From: a virus
Lineage: Duplodnaviria; Heunggongvirae; Uroviricota; Caudoviricetes
Reading direction: 5' to 3' (one strand)
Length of the DNA: 64,000 nt
IMG/VR virus record: IMGVR_UViG_3300025896_000023
The notes below the pieces were generated by a model that made no database searches, was not told the DNA's origin, and saw nothing but the letters and a program-made list of their open reading frames with translations. Shown one piece after another: positions 47,207-56,361 of the stretch; the stretch's first letter is position 1, and every line of letters starts with the position of its first letter. Position numbers and translations under genes: made by a program.

Positions 47207-47498
47207 TTTTCAGAGTTCTCAGGGAATTTTTGGAAAATTTATTTTTAGGGGTGCTATATCACCCCTAACCCCTAGCCCCCATGCACGGGCAAATCCCCAG
47301 AATTGGTCAGAGGGCCACAGAACCCCATATAGTATCCGTAACCCTCCAACATTTTGAGTAATACCCAACCGACTATTTAAGTATCACATACCCGATGATG
47401 TGATGAGGCAGCCTAGTGAGGAAATATCATATCGTGCATAGTACTTAACGTATATTATATATGTATAAATGCCTACAACAACAGCCACCCAGCGGAAA

Positions 47499-47636
47499 TT
47501 AATTCCCCTGACCCTTGTACGCTTTTTTGTAATTTTGAGAACCCTTGTTTTTAGATGATTTGGTTTTAGAGTGTACACCTTTTCTTACTTTTTTAGGTTT
47601 TTCTTTAGTTAGGACTGAGGTAGAGTTTTTAGCCAT
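47499..47636 (-). CDS. possible small Lys-rich basic protein (45 aa) on minus strand
   Basis: ATG-initiated MAKNSTSVLTKEKPKKVRKG... in a 600-bp + strand gap; divergent from the + gene, with a 13-bp palindrome between them. Confidence 0.2.
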   Translation of the reverse strand: MAKNSTSVLTKEKPKKVRKGVHSKTKSSKNKGSQNYKKAYKGQGN

Positions 47637-47660
47637 GATATGTGTTATTTTTTAGATATT

Positions 47661-47673
47661 TATCCAGTGGATA
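47661..47673. promoter_or_regulatory. perfect 13-bp palindrome TATCCAGTGGATA in a divergent intergenic region
   Basis: Lies between the candidate minus-strand ORF start (47636) and the + promoter copy at 47711. Confidence 0.3.
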
Positions 47674-47710
47674 GGTACTTTTTTGACTCTTTTTAAAAAT
47701 AAATTGCAAA

Positions 47711-47754
47711 AAGTTTTCACGCGTAAAAAACTTTAGTTATATTTACATTATAAT
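47711..47754 (+). repeat. 44-bp perfect direct repeat AAGTTTTCACGCGTAAAAAACTTTAGTTATATTTACATTATAAT, copy 1 (promoter-bearing)
   Basis: Identical to 48252..48295. Confidence 0.7.
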
Positions 47755-47763
47755 TAAAACAAC
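47711..47763 (+). promoter_or_regulatory. composite module copy (GTTTTCACGCG box plus core)
   Basis: Also copy 1 of the 44-bp repeat. Confidence 0.5.
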
Positions 47764-48267
47764 ATGATGATACAGGAACATATTGAACTCTACTTTAACA
47801 TTTTTAAAGCAACACAGTCGGCATATAATACATCTGGTGTAAATAGAACCTATTTGATTAGAGGATTTTCACAATCACAAGGTGCATTTTACGCAGATAG
47901 TTGGAGGGTTATAGGTATTACACAGGCAGCATTAGATTCATTTGCATCCGTAGATTTTGCGAGAATTCCAAATAGAAAAGATGCAGTTACAGTAGAGAGA
48001 GCCCACGTACACCAAAGAAATGCATGGTTATCTGAAATGTTTGAAATGGAATGGAGTTGTGCAAATGAATGGTGGGCATTTATTTATGAGAGAGATGTAT
48101 GCATCTTGGCTACAAATTCTGAAAACCGTGCATCTGATAGTACTGGAGCAATTTTAGAAATAGCACATGAAATTCCGCAAGGTATGGAATATTTTACATC
48201 AACATTTATTGGTTGTAAATATCGTAAAGGTGTTGAAAGGGTTCTATTGGAAAGTTTTCACGCGTAA
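47764..48267 (+). CDS. hypothetical protein flanked by 44-bp perfect direct repeats
   Basis: 167 aa; stop codon lies inside the downstream repeat copy. Confidence 0.45.
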   Translation: MMIQEHIELYFNIFKATQSAYNTSGVNRTYLIRGFSQSQGAFYADSWRVIGITQAALDSFASVDFARIPNRKDAVTVERAHVHQRNAWLSEMFEMEWSCANEWWAFIYERDVCILATNSENRASDSTGAILEIAHEIPQGMEYFTSTFIGCKYRKGVERVLLESFHA

Positions 48268-48295
48268 AAAACTTTAGTTATATTTACATTATAAT
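48252..48295 (+). repeat. 44-bp perfect direct repeat, copy 2
   Basis: Identical to 47711..47754. Confidence 0.7.
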
Positions 48296-48311
48296 ATTAA
48301 ATGATATATCC
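48252..48311 (+). promoter_or_regulatory. composite module copy with truncated leader (ATAATATTAAATG)
   Basis: Copy 2 of the 44-bp repeat. Confidence 0.45.
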
Positions 48312-48476
48312 ATGACACCTACTGTAATTTTTACCGTGATTCCATATTTCCTAGATGGGGTTGAAGTTTTCTTAAATGATGTAAAAAGTTTTACCAATTG
48401 GAAAGATGCACACAGATATGCAAATCGCGAAATTGATGGGCGAAGATATGAAATTGTTGAAAGTGTTTTACTTTAA
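48312..48476 (+). CDS. small protein, paralog of 56455..56610 (not in ORF track)
   Basis: MTPTVIFTVIPYFLDGVEVFLNDVKSF... vs MTIYTVIPFFSDGIEIFANDVKSF... Confidence 0.4.
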   Translation: MTPTVIFTVIPYFLDGVEVFLNDVKSFTNWKDAHRYANREIDGRRYEIVESVLL

Positions 48477-48487
48477 AAAGAAATAAG

Positions 48488-48820
48488 ATGAAATACAATA
48501 GTAAAGAATATATCCTTTGTGCTGCTATTTGGTGCAAGGAAATTCCATTAAAGAAAGACATACCTCAAGTTCTACCAATTAATTGCGATAGAGGTATTGT
48601 TGTAACTGGGCATCGACATGGCCAATGTATTTGGACTATTGGTTGTTTGACAGGATTAAGAGCTGTTGCAATTGCCGAAGATGGTATTGGTGAAAATGAA
48701 CAAGGATTCTTAACCAGTAAAAATAGATTTGTAGACCGAAAAGAAGGTGGTGAAATCGCATTTGCAGCCGGACAAACTGAAAAATTAAGAGAAATGCTCT
48801 TTTCAGAAGACTTATATTAA
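48488..48820 (+). CDS. hypothetical protein
   Basis: 110 aa. Confidence 0.4.
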   Translation: MKYNSKEYILCAAIWCKEIPLKKDIPQVLPINCDRGIVVTGHRHGQCIWTIGCLTGLRAVAIAEDGIGENEQGFLTSKNRFVDRKEGGEIAFAAGQTEKLREMLFSEDLY

Positions 48821-49035
48821 CCTTAAACAATTAACTATGTTATCAGAAGAATTTATCAAAGAGGCAAAAAACTTTAGAATGCAAATGAAATGGTGTTCTA
48901 TTATGTGTTGGGCTGCTACATTAGCCTTTATTTTCATACCAACCAATAGCCCTGATATGTCTTGGACTATTATTCCAGTCGGAGGAACAATATTTACATA
49001 TATCTATTTTAGTATGAATAAAAACATTAAACAGC

Positions 49036-49605
49036 ATGAAAGTAATATTCCTAGATAATGATGGCGTGATTTGTCTCCTTAGTAATTGGGGTAGTAGAGT
49101 CAAGAAATGGCCAAAGTATAGATCTGCCAATCCAGAATCAAGTCCAAACCTAAAGGATGCACCTGTAGAAGTACGTTTTGATAATTTTGATAAAAAGGCA
49201 ATTAATATACTAAATAAAGTACTTGAAGTTACGGGTGCTGAAATCGTTGTAAGTTCTGATTGGAAATTGCATGCAACCTTAGAGGAACTTGGAGATTATT
49301 ACATTGAGCAAGGTATCATAAAAAGACCTATTGCAATTACGCCAAATCTTGAAGATTTTGATCCTGAAACAAATGATCTTTTTATGTGGAAGCGATGGTT
49401 AGAACGCAAAAGAATCCTTGAAATTAATAAGTATCTTGAACTACATCCTGAAATTACACAATGGGTTGCAGTTGATGACCTAAATATGAGTCCTCAGTCA
49501 AATGGTGGACATGGACTTGCACATTTTGTCTTAACACCAAGAAGTAATGAAGGTATTAAGCAATCAAACATATTTGATGAAATTGTTAATAACTTTATTA
49601 AATAA
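49036..49605 (+). CDS. HAD-superfamily hydrolase-like protein
   Basis: N-terminal FLDNDGVI (DxDG motif I); C-terminus encodes the palindrome element. Confidence 0.4.
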   Translation: MKVIFLDNDGVICLLSNWGSRVKKWPKYRSANPESSPNLKDAPVEVRFDNFDKKAINILNKVLEVTGAEIVVSSDWKLHATLEELGDYYIEQGIIKRPIAITPNLEDFDPETNDLFMWKRWLERKRILEINKYLELHPEITQWVAVDDLNMSPQSNGGHGLAHFVLTPRSNEGIKQSNIFDEIVNNFIK

Positions 49606-49662
49606 ATGAGTACATGTCAAATATAATAGTTATATTTACATTATAATTAAAACAAATAATAT
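49581..49662 (+). promoter_or_regulatory. full composite module copy (palindrome block encodes ...DEIVNNFIK of the upstream gene)
   Basis: AATTGTTAATAACTTTATTAAATAAATGAGTACATGTCAAATATAATAGTTATATTTACAT. Confidence 0.55.
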
Positions 49663-49971
49663 ATGTCAACTGAAAAAGTAGAGATTACAGTAATTAAAAG
49701 TAAACCTTTAAAATCAACCACGAGTGTTGAAGGTACCCTTGTGCAATGTAGTAATAATAAATGGTATGCCATTCTAACAATGAGACCTAGCAGAAATCCA
49801 TGGTTTATGAAATCCGTGTCTGCTACTTCAACAGGACGCACTGATATTAGTGATGAGCAATTCTCAATGAAATGTGCTGGAACCATGAGACCAAATCCAG
49901 AAGATGGTGTGCAAGTTTTATTAAATGCACTAAATGGAATTGAAGTTCCAAAGGATAAAATAACATATTAA
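49663..49971 (+). CDS. hypothetical protein
   Basis: 102 aa after a promoter module. Confidence 0.4.
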   Translation: MSTEKVEITVIKSKPLKSTTSVEGTLVQCSNNKWYAILTMRPSRNPWFMKSVSATSTGRTDISDEQFSMKCAGTMRPNPEDGVQVLLNALNGIEVPKDKITY

Positions 49972-50052
49972 ATTGTTAATAACTTTTTGCAGATAAGTTT
50001 CACAGGTCAAGGTTAATAGTTATATTTACACTATAATTAAACAAATATAAAA
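49971..50052 (+). promoter_or_regulatory. full composite module copy (core variant TATATTTACACTATAATTAAACAAA)
   Basis: AATTGTTAATAACTTTTTGCAG ... GTTTCACAGGTCAAGG ... Confidence 0.55.
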
Positions 50053-50982
50053 ATGGAAAATTCAATCAAAGTAGGTTACGATTCTAAAACAGGTCTTTAT
50101 ACTTTTAAACCAACCGTTAATTATGCCTCAACAATTGAAGTAAATGGAAAACCTGCAGTAGATGCATTAAGAGGTATTAGAAGTGGAGAATTGATTACTC
50201 TTTCTGAAAAACCAGAATCTATTACTTATAAAACAACTGCAAGAAGGTTGATCGGATACGATAATCTTGAAGAAATGACTACAATTGGCGTGAGTGAATA
50301 CGATAGACTTAAGCAAAAGGTTATTGATTCAAGATTGTACCTTGATGAAGATGCCGATGAGGATGATGAATTTACATATAAAACATTAGAAGACGAGGTA
50401 TTTTCACTAAGATTCTTTAGAAGTTATAAAGCAATTCATGAATCTATTGAAGAAGTTCATGACTTAGAAATTGAAATTATTGAATATCCTGTAAGTGCAT
50501 ATAAAGACATCATACCATTGCATTCAATGGATGCTAAGAATGTTTTTGAAACAAACTGTAAATTTACTCCAGATAATATTGGTCTATTCTTTGAAATTTG
50601 TAAAGGTTATGGAATTGATAGAAGTAGAATCGATATTCCTACACATTCAGGATTAAGATTTGCTAAAATCGATGATAAATTTGTTGGAGGTATGGAAGAC
50701 TTTGAAAGAACTTCAAGTGTTTCAATCATTAATAACTATGCCGCTTGTATTGAAAGAATGGAAAGGATCAAAGCAACATTAACTGATTTGATTAGCTTTC
50801 ATTTTGCAAAACAATCTCAAAAGATTGTAGATAAATCTACAGTTGGACATCTTTTGACTGAATTGAAAATCTTACAAAATTCAGTTTATGGATTGGATGT
50901 TAAAGCAAAAGAACATAATGCACAAAGAGCAATTCAAAATAGAATTAGTGAATTAATTAATGTCTATAAAGAACAAGCATAG
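50053..50982 (+). CDS. hypothetical protein
   Basis: 309 aa. Confidence 0.45.
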   Translation: MENSIKVGYDSKTGLYTFKPTVNYASTIEVNGKPAVDALRGIRSGELITLSEKPESITYKTTARRLIGYDNLEEMTTIGVSEYDRLKQKVIDSRLYLDEDADEDDEFTYKTLEDEVFSLRFFRSYKAIHESIEEVHDLEIEIIEYPVSAYKDIIPLHSMDAKNVFETNCKFTPDNIGLFFEICKGYGIDRSRIDIPTHSGLRFAKIDDKFVGGMEDFERTSSVSIINNYAACIERMERIKATLTDLISFHFAKQSQKIVDKSTVGHLLTELKILQNSVYGLDVKAKEHNAQRAIQNRISELINVYKEQA

Positions 50983-50990
50983 GGCGAGAT

Positions 50991-51446
50991 ATGGAAATAG
51001 ATTATAAAAAAATCTTATTAGGAATGTTAGGCGAAAAGATAGTTGCAAAACATTTCAGAGATAATGGTTATACTGTTGAAGAGTCCCTAAATATCTTTGA
51101 TTCAGACAAGGATATGATAGTTGATGGAAATAATATAGAAGTAAAGACAAATGCACCCCTAATTTATTACGATTCATTCTCATTCCCAAAAAGCCAGTAC
51201 AATAAGATTATAAATTCACATCGAGTTTATTGGGTTTCAGTACCATTACAGACACAAGAAGATCAATTTGCAGGATGTATATTTGAGATGGATCCTAAAG
51301 TTGCTAAGTTACATACGATTACGTTTAATTCTGGAAAAACAATAATAGGTCTTAAGAGGCAACAGGATGGTATGAAAGTGATTCATAAAATTGAAGATCT
51401 TTCTTTATTAAAACATCTAAGAAGTCTTTCTACATCTTACCTATAA
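50991..51446 (+). CDS. hypothetical protein
   Basis: 151 aa. Confidence 0.4.
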   Translation: MEIDYKKILLGMLGEKIVAKHFRDNGYTVEESLNIFDSDKDMIVDGNNIEVKTNAPLIYYDSFSFPKSQYNKIINSHRVYWVSVPLQTQEDQFAGCIFEMDPKVAKLHTITFNSGKTIIGLKRQQDGMKVIHKIEDLSLLKHLRSLSTSYL

Positions 51447-51508
51447 AATTGATATTAATCCTGGTGAAAATTGTTCGTAACTTTTTTAGCCGGGAATTTT
51501 TTATGTCA

Positions 51509-51551
51509 AATATTATAGTTATATTTACATTATAATTAAAACAAACAAACC
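51509..51551 (+). promoter_or_regulatory. promoter-like module copy (core plus AAAACAAACAAACC leader)
   Basis: No clear palindrome block upstream. Confidence 0.45.
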
Positions 51552-51705
51552 ATGAACAGAATAGAAATGTTAATGTTAGAGAATCAAATTGTGACGATGC
51601 AAGCATTGTATGAAATGTCTGAGTTGTCACACTTGAAGATGGAAGAACTTAGACAACAAATCAAGAAATCAAAGGACCTATTATCATTTTATAAACTATA
51701 AAGAT

Positions 51706-52086
51706 ATGAATTGGGAAGAAAGAAAAGCAGCCTACAAATCGAAGGCACAGATGTTAACGGCAGTGCCTAAAGACTTAAAGTACTTTTCAAGGTTTAATAC
51801 CTTGAAAATGGCAGTGATGGAGAAAGTTGAAGCTGACATTAAATCAGGTAAAATTAACGAAGAGGACGCTAGTGAACTACACACAATTAGGGACGCTAAA
51901 GATACCTTTGGTTTTACTGAAAGATATTTAAATGTAATGATGCACTATGCATTTGAAGAAGGTAAACATTCAGTTTTTCAAAATTACGCTAGGAGAACAA
52001 AGGCTATGAACGAAGCTTATGAGAAGATCGTTGATATTATGGATGGATTAGATATGATTCCAGAAAATTGTAATTGCGATAACTAA
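51706..52086 (+). CDS. hypothetical protein
   Basis: 126 aa. Confidence 0.4.
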   Translation: MNWEERKAAYKSKAQMLTAVPKDLKYFSRFNTLKMAVMEKVEADIKSGKINEEDASELHTIRDAKDTFGFTERYLNVMMHYAFEEGKHSVFQNYARRTKAMNEAYEKIVDIMDGLDMIPENCNCDN

Positions 52087-52112
52087 AATAGGTGAAGTGA
52101 AATAATTTATAA

Positions 52113-52194
52113 AATTGTTAATAACCTTTTAGCTAGGATTTTTTTTTGTCAAATATAATAGTTATATTTACATTATAATTAAAACAAACAAATT
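52113..52194 (+). promoter_or_regulatory. full composite module copy (palindrome variant AATTGTTAATAACCTTTT)
   Basis: Upstream of 52195 gene. Confidence 0.5.
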
Positions 52195-52500
52195 ATGTTT
52201 CCATACGGTGCAATTATCGCGGCAAATCTTTTAAACAAAGATACTCAAAGAACTCCAAAACAACCTAACGTCGCATCGTTAGAAGAATATACAACATTAA
52301 CCAATGAAGAGGTTTACAATAAACTAGTAGATGCTGCAAAGAATGTTGGTATTTGTGAAATGGCTAATATGATTTCAAATTGGATGGATTTTGATTCATT
52401 ATCTGATGTTAAGAAGCGATCATTTTTACATAAATATGCTCCAATTAGTTGCGTCAAAAATAAACCAACAATATTTGAATTAATAAAAGACTTATTTTAA
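52195..52500 (+). CDS. hypothetical protein
   Basis: 101 aa after a promoter module. Confidence 0.4.
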   Translation: MFPYGAIIAANLLNKDTQRTPKQPNVASLEEYTTLTNEEVYNKLVDAAKNVGICEMANMISNWMDFDSLSDVKKRSFLHKYAPISCVKNKPTIFELIKDLF

Positions 52501-52504
52501 TAAG

Positions 52505-53113
52505 ATGATAAACAACCTAGAAATAATCAAACCTCTCCTAAACTTTGAAAACAAAGGAGACTTTTATATGCTTTATGTATTTAAACGCAAAAAAGATCAA
52601 CCTCCAGAGGAACGTGATAATCACCAATCAGTAAGAACTATTAAGACTTATTGTATTGAGAGTATTGAACACCTAGAACGTAGGTGGAGTGAAGTACAGG
52701 ACCTGTGCGAGATGTTTAAGGCTAGAGCATATATTCATGTTCAAAAACAAAATCATCAGGACGTGTCACTTAATATGATGGTTACGCTGGCACAAAGAAT
52801 TCAGGATGGTAACGCAAATCAAAAAGGTTTATTTGATTCTGTGGTTGGACAAATCAAAACCCATGAAAAAAGATGGATTGTAGATATTGATACTAAAGAT
52901 GAACAATTTGATAGAGAAGTTCAATTATTTATTAATACTAAATGTAGACCCTTTGGCGCGAAAATTATTGCTAACATCAGAACTAAAAATGGAAATCATT
53001 TAATCACAGAAAGATTTGATGTTAAAACTTTTAGTGAAAAATTTCCTGAGATAGACATTCAACGTAAAAATCCAACACTTTTATATTATCCAAATAGCTT
53101 AGAAGATTGTTAA
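52505..53113 (+). CDS. hypothetical protein
   Basis: 202 aa. Confidence 0.4.
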   Translation: MINNLEIIKPLLNFENKGDFYMLYVFKRKKDQPPEERDNHQSVRTIKTYCIESIEHLERRWSEVQDLCEMFKARAYIHVQKQNHQDVSLNMMVTLAQRIQDGNANQKGLFDSVVGQIKTHEKRWIVDIDTKDEQFDREVQLFINTKCRPFGAKIIANIRTKNGNHLITERFDVKTFSEKFPEIDIQRKNPTLLYYPNSLEDC

Positions 53114-53187
53114 TAACTTTTTGAAATAAATGTTTCATGTTTCAAATATTATAGTTATATTTACATTATAATTAAAACAAATACATT
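53105..53187 (+). promoter_or_regulatory. full composite module copy
   Basis: GATTGTTAATAACTTTTTGAAATAAATGTTTCATGTTTCAAATATTATAGTTATATTTACAT. Confidence 0.55.
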
Positions 53188-53388
53188 ATGACGACAAAAT
53201 CAATTTTAGAAAAAGCCGAAACACTAAATGCAGAAGAATTCGTAAGATTCTTGGATTTAGCAAATATCGAATATTGCATTTTAGATTGTGACCTATTAGA
53301 TTATAACAATGAATATTGCAACATTGAAGTTAAAGGTTTTAATGAAGATGAATCTATATTATTCTGCGATGGCAAACTACAAAAATAA
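53188..53388 (+). CDS. hypothetical protein
   Basis: 66 aa Cys-containing. Confidence 0.35.
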   Translation: MTTKSILEKAETLNAEEFVRFLDLANIEYCILDCDLLDYNNEYCNIEVKGFNEDESILFCDGKLQK

Positions 53389-53522
53389 TAACGATACAAA
53401 TTTGATTATCTTCATAATATTATTATCAGGATTTTGTCTTGGTTTTATAGTTGCTCAGGCAATATATGATAAAAGACCTATTACAGAAGAGGAATATTAT
53501 GAATCACAAAAACAACAATATT

Positions 53523-53936
53523 ATGAATAAAGTTTTATATATCATAAGAGGACTTCCAGGAAGTGGAAAATCCACATTGGCACATAGTTTGGTTGACGAC
53601 GCTAAATTAGTATGTGAAGCAGATAAGTACCATATAGATGAAAATGGTAAATATAATTGGAAACCGGAAAATATAAAAGCAGCACATTCTTGGTGTCAAA
53701 ATCAAGTCAAAAACATGATGTCATATACTGGATTTGGTTCTTTTTATAATAAAATAGTGGTTTCAAATACCTTCACACAGGAATGGGAAATGCAAGAGTA
53801 TTTAGATATGGCAAAGGAACATGGATATATGGTATTTTCTATTATTGTAGAAAATAGGCATGGTGGAATAAATATACACAATGTTCCAGATGATACGTTA
53901 ACTAAAATGAGAGATCGTTTTGAAGTAAAATTATAG
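53523..53936 (+). CDS. small P-loop kinase-like protein
   Basis: Walker A GLPGSGKST right after the chosen Met; track start 53451 overlaps the upstream micro-ORF. Confidence 0.5.
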   Translation: MNKVLYIIRGLPGSGKSTLAHSLVDDAKLVCEADKYHIDENGKYNWKPENIKAAHSWCQNQVKNMMSYTGFGSFYNKIVVSNTFTQEWEMQEYLDMAKEHGYMVFSIIVENRHGGINIHNVPDDTLTKMRDRFEVKL

Positions 53937-53937
53937 C

Positions 53938-54678
53938 ATGAGAAAGATACTAATATGCATGTTTCTTTGTTATACATCATCAGCATATTCTCAAACTAAA
54001 ATAAAGATTGGTATTGGTGCAAATACATCATCCGGAAACGCAAATATAATAGGATTATCTTCGCAATTTTCTTTAAGTAGAGAAGACTCTACTAGAGTTT
54101 GGTCTATTCACCCTAGTTTTGTTTACACGCTAATTAAAAATAATAATAATGACTGGGAAGAAAGACAAAGAGAATCTTATATCAGTGGATCATATACTCA
54201 GAAATTTGGCCGTTGGAAATTAATTGGAATTGTCGAAGCTGAAAATTCAGCATTGAAAAAGATTCTTATCAGAGGATCTTCAGGTATTGGTGTCGAGTAT
54301 GATATATTACGAAAAAAGCAAACAACGATTGCATTATCCAATGTAATTATGCCTGAAATTTATCAATCTGAGATTCCTTTGGTAAAAGATCTTTTTAGTG
54401 TTCGAAGTAGTACACGATTTAAAATAGTATGGACCGGACCTATAAAAATTCAATTAGTTACATTTTTTCAACCTGCGATATGGTCAGATCAAGAATTAGA
54501 TTTTTTAGATAATATACAATTACGAAGCATAAATTCAATAGAGTTTCCTATATCAAAAAAGTTATCACTTACATGTTATCTTAACGTGAATACTTCAACA
54601 TTTTCACATTATATAAATCCTAAAGTGGAATCAACCGATATGAACACATCTATATTATTTACTTATAAAAATTTTTAA
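53938..54678 (+). CDS. secreted beta-rich protein, possibly outer-membrane beta-barrel
   Basis: Signal peptide MRKILICMFLCYTSSAYSQ; alternating hydrophobic pattern; C-terminal ...TYKNF. Confidence 0.35.
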   Translation: MRKILICMFLCYTSSAYSQTKIKIGIGANTSSGNANIIGLSSQFSLSREDSTRVWSIHPSFVYTLIKNNNNDWEERQRESYISGSYTQKFGRWKLIGIVEAENSALKKILIRGSSGIGVEYDILRKKQTTIALSNVIMPEIYQSEIPLVKDLFSVRSSTRFKIVWTGPIKIQLVTFFQPAIWSDQELDFLDNIQLRSINSIEFPISKKLSLTCYLNVNTSTFSHYINPKVESTDMNTSILFTYKNF

Positions 54679-54679
54679 T

Positions 54680-55261
54680 ATGAAACTATACACACAAAAA
54701 CAGGTTAAAGAACTTTTAGAAACACAGAGAGGTAATTGTTATGTTGCAGTTAAAATTATAACTAAAGATGAAGAAATTGCAAGTTTAGCATCTAATGCAC
54801 CCCTTCCGGGTGGTGATGATTTCGATAAGTACTATGGAATAGATCCAGAATCTTTATTTAAAGAGGATTTAGAGGACAGAGAATTACAAGGAAACTATGA
54901 ATGTTTTAAGAAGCACAGAGAATCTGCAAAGACATCATATAACACAATAGTTCCAACTCTAAATTCTATGATTAGTAAAATAGTTAATCTTAAAGAATTA
55001 ATAGTTTCATTATCAGTACAGGGATTGCCAACTGAAAAGGCTGTAAAAAGACTTGCCAAACTTGACAATAGTTTTACTAAACTTTCAGAAAAGGCAGATC
55101 AGTACAAGGAAGAGATGGATAAACAGGACACTTTGATTGATAGATATAAGCGTTTAAACGAATCTAAATTGTTTATGCATTGGAAATATTTAACACACTT
55201 AAAGGTCACAAAAGAATTGTGGATGGATTGGAAGAAACAATATGAAGATGTAATGATATAA
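54680..55261 (+). CDS. hypothetical protein
   Basis: 193 aa. Confidence 0.4.
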   Translation: MKLYTQKQVKELLETQRGNCYVAVKIITKDEEIASLASNAPLPGGDDFDKYYGIDPESLFKEDLEDRELQGNYECFKKHRESAKTSYNTIVPTLNSMISKIVNLKELIVSLSVQGLPTEKAVKRLAKLDNSFTKLSEKADQYKEEMDKQDTLIDRYKRLNESKLFMHWKYLTHLKVTKELWMDWKKQYEDVMI

Positions 55262-55266
55262 TATAT

Positions 55267-55548
55267 ATGGAATTACCAACAGATTATACAAAGCTAAAAC
55301 CTAAACAGAGAAGAGAGGTTAGAGAACAATACATAAAGGATCAAAATAATAAATGTATGCATTGTGATGAAGAGTTAGATAAACAACCACCTTTAAACAT
55401 ATTAAATAAATCAATAAATTGGAGATTATTTCCAATTGGGTTTTTACAAAATCCTATTCATCTCCAACATTGCCATAAAACAAATATGACTGAAGGCGCA
55501 ATACACGCTTACTGTAATGCAGTTTTATGGCAATATGAAGGTAGATAA
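55267..55548 (+). CDS. small Cys/His-rich protein, possibly HNH-like
   Basis: CMHCDEE...HLQHCHKTN...HAYCN spacing; sits immediately 5' of the second tRNA-like region. Confidence 0.3.
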   Translation: MELPTDYTKLKPKQRREVREQYIKDQNNKCMHCDEELDKQPPLNILNKSINWRLFPIGFLQNPIHLQHCHKTNMTEGAIHAYCNAVLWQYEGR

Positions 55549-55796
55549 TAAAAGAAGAACCTGCTACATAACACGGCGCCAAATTAATTGTGACATGTAC
55601 TATCTGGAAGGTCAGGTCAGGTTCTTTAGATTTACCAATGCTCGCTGTTAATTGAGAGGTAGAGGGTATTAATTTCCGAACAAGGGTTAATAGTAGGAAG
55701 ACGCCACTCATTGCACTCAATCAGTAACCCTGCTCTTGTTCTTCTAATGTGAGAAATCCTGTTAGTTAATAAGAAAGACCAAGGTTGGTAAATTTT

Positions 55797-55889
55797 AATC
55801 GGTTGGTGTAAGATCTGGAGTTCTAGACGATGGTAACATGGGCGGCCTGGCGCTGCTATGATAAGGGTTCGAATCCCTTACCGATTTCA
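55797..55889 (+). ncRNA. tRNA-like element, about 93 nt (perfect 7-bp acceptor AATCGGT/ACCGATT plus canonical T arm; interior not foldable by hand)
   Basis: AAGGG-TTCGAAT-CCCTT T arm; interior carries GCGGC-CTGGC-GCTGC hairpin. Confidence 0.3.
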
Positions 55890-55965
55890 AATAATTAGAT
55901 TGAACACAATTATTGACACGGCTCTGCAGAGCTAGGAGAGGTTTGGTTAGCTCTGTACAGTACAA

Positions 55966-55991
55966 GCACGAGGTTCGAATCCTCGCTCTCC
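55966..55991 (+). ncRNA. orphan T-arm plus 3' acceptor module (CGAGG-TTCGAAT-CCTCG CTCTCCA)
   Basis: Canonical T arm; only a 6/7 partner AGGAGAG lies 45 nt upstream. Confidence 0.25.
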
Positions 55992-56149
55992 ACTAAAAAC
56001 TACTTGAGTAGGTGGGAGTGGTCAATCAACAACTCACCGAAGTTTCAGGTAAAAACTATATAGAAACGGGATGGCCGAGCCCATATAGGTAAGTAGGAAG
56101 TTAGTGTTTTTTTAGGAGGATTGGATTAGTTTTTAACATTAACGAAAGG

Positions 56150-56235
56150 AGTCAAGTAATATGTAATGGCAAAGTTGGTTATGTCATCCTGTAAAAAAGG
56201 TTATATCGTCGCAAGTTCGAGTCCTGCCTTGACCA
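56150..56235 (+). ncRNA. tRNA-like element, about 86 nt (acceptor AGTCAAG/CTTGACC 6 of 7, T arm GCAAG-TTCGAGT-CCTGC)
   Basis: No standard anticodon arm could be folded by hand. Confidence 0.25.
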
Positions 56236-56293
56236 CGCTAATTAAACTAGTTTATGAACAGTCTTTGAGGTGAGATGCCTTCATTAGAACGGA

Positions 56294-56359
56294 AGTCAGG
56301 TGAAAGTAGGCTAAGACGAATTAAGTTTCGCGTTGCAGGTTCGATTCCTGTCCTGACTA
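56294..56359 (+). ncRNA. short (66 nt) tRNA-like element: perfect acceptor AGTCAGG/CCTGACT and T arm GCAGG-TTCGATT-CCTGT, but interior too short for D plus anticodon arms
   Basis: Seen directly in the sequence; may be a D-arm-less or truncated tRNA. Confidence 0.3.
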
Positions 56360-56361
56360 CA

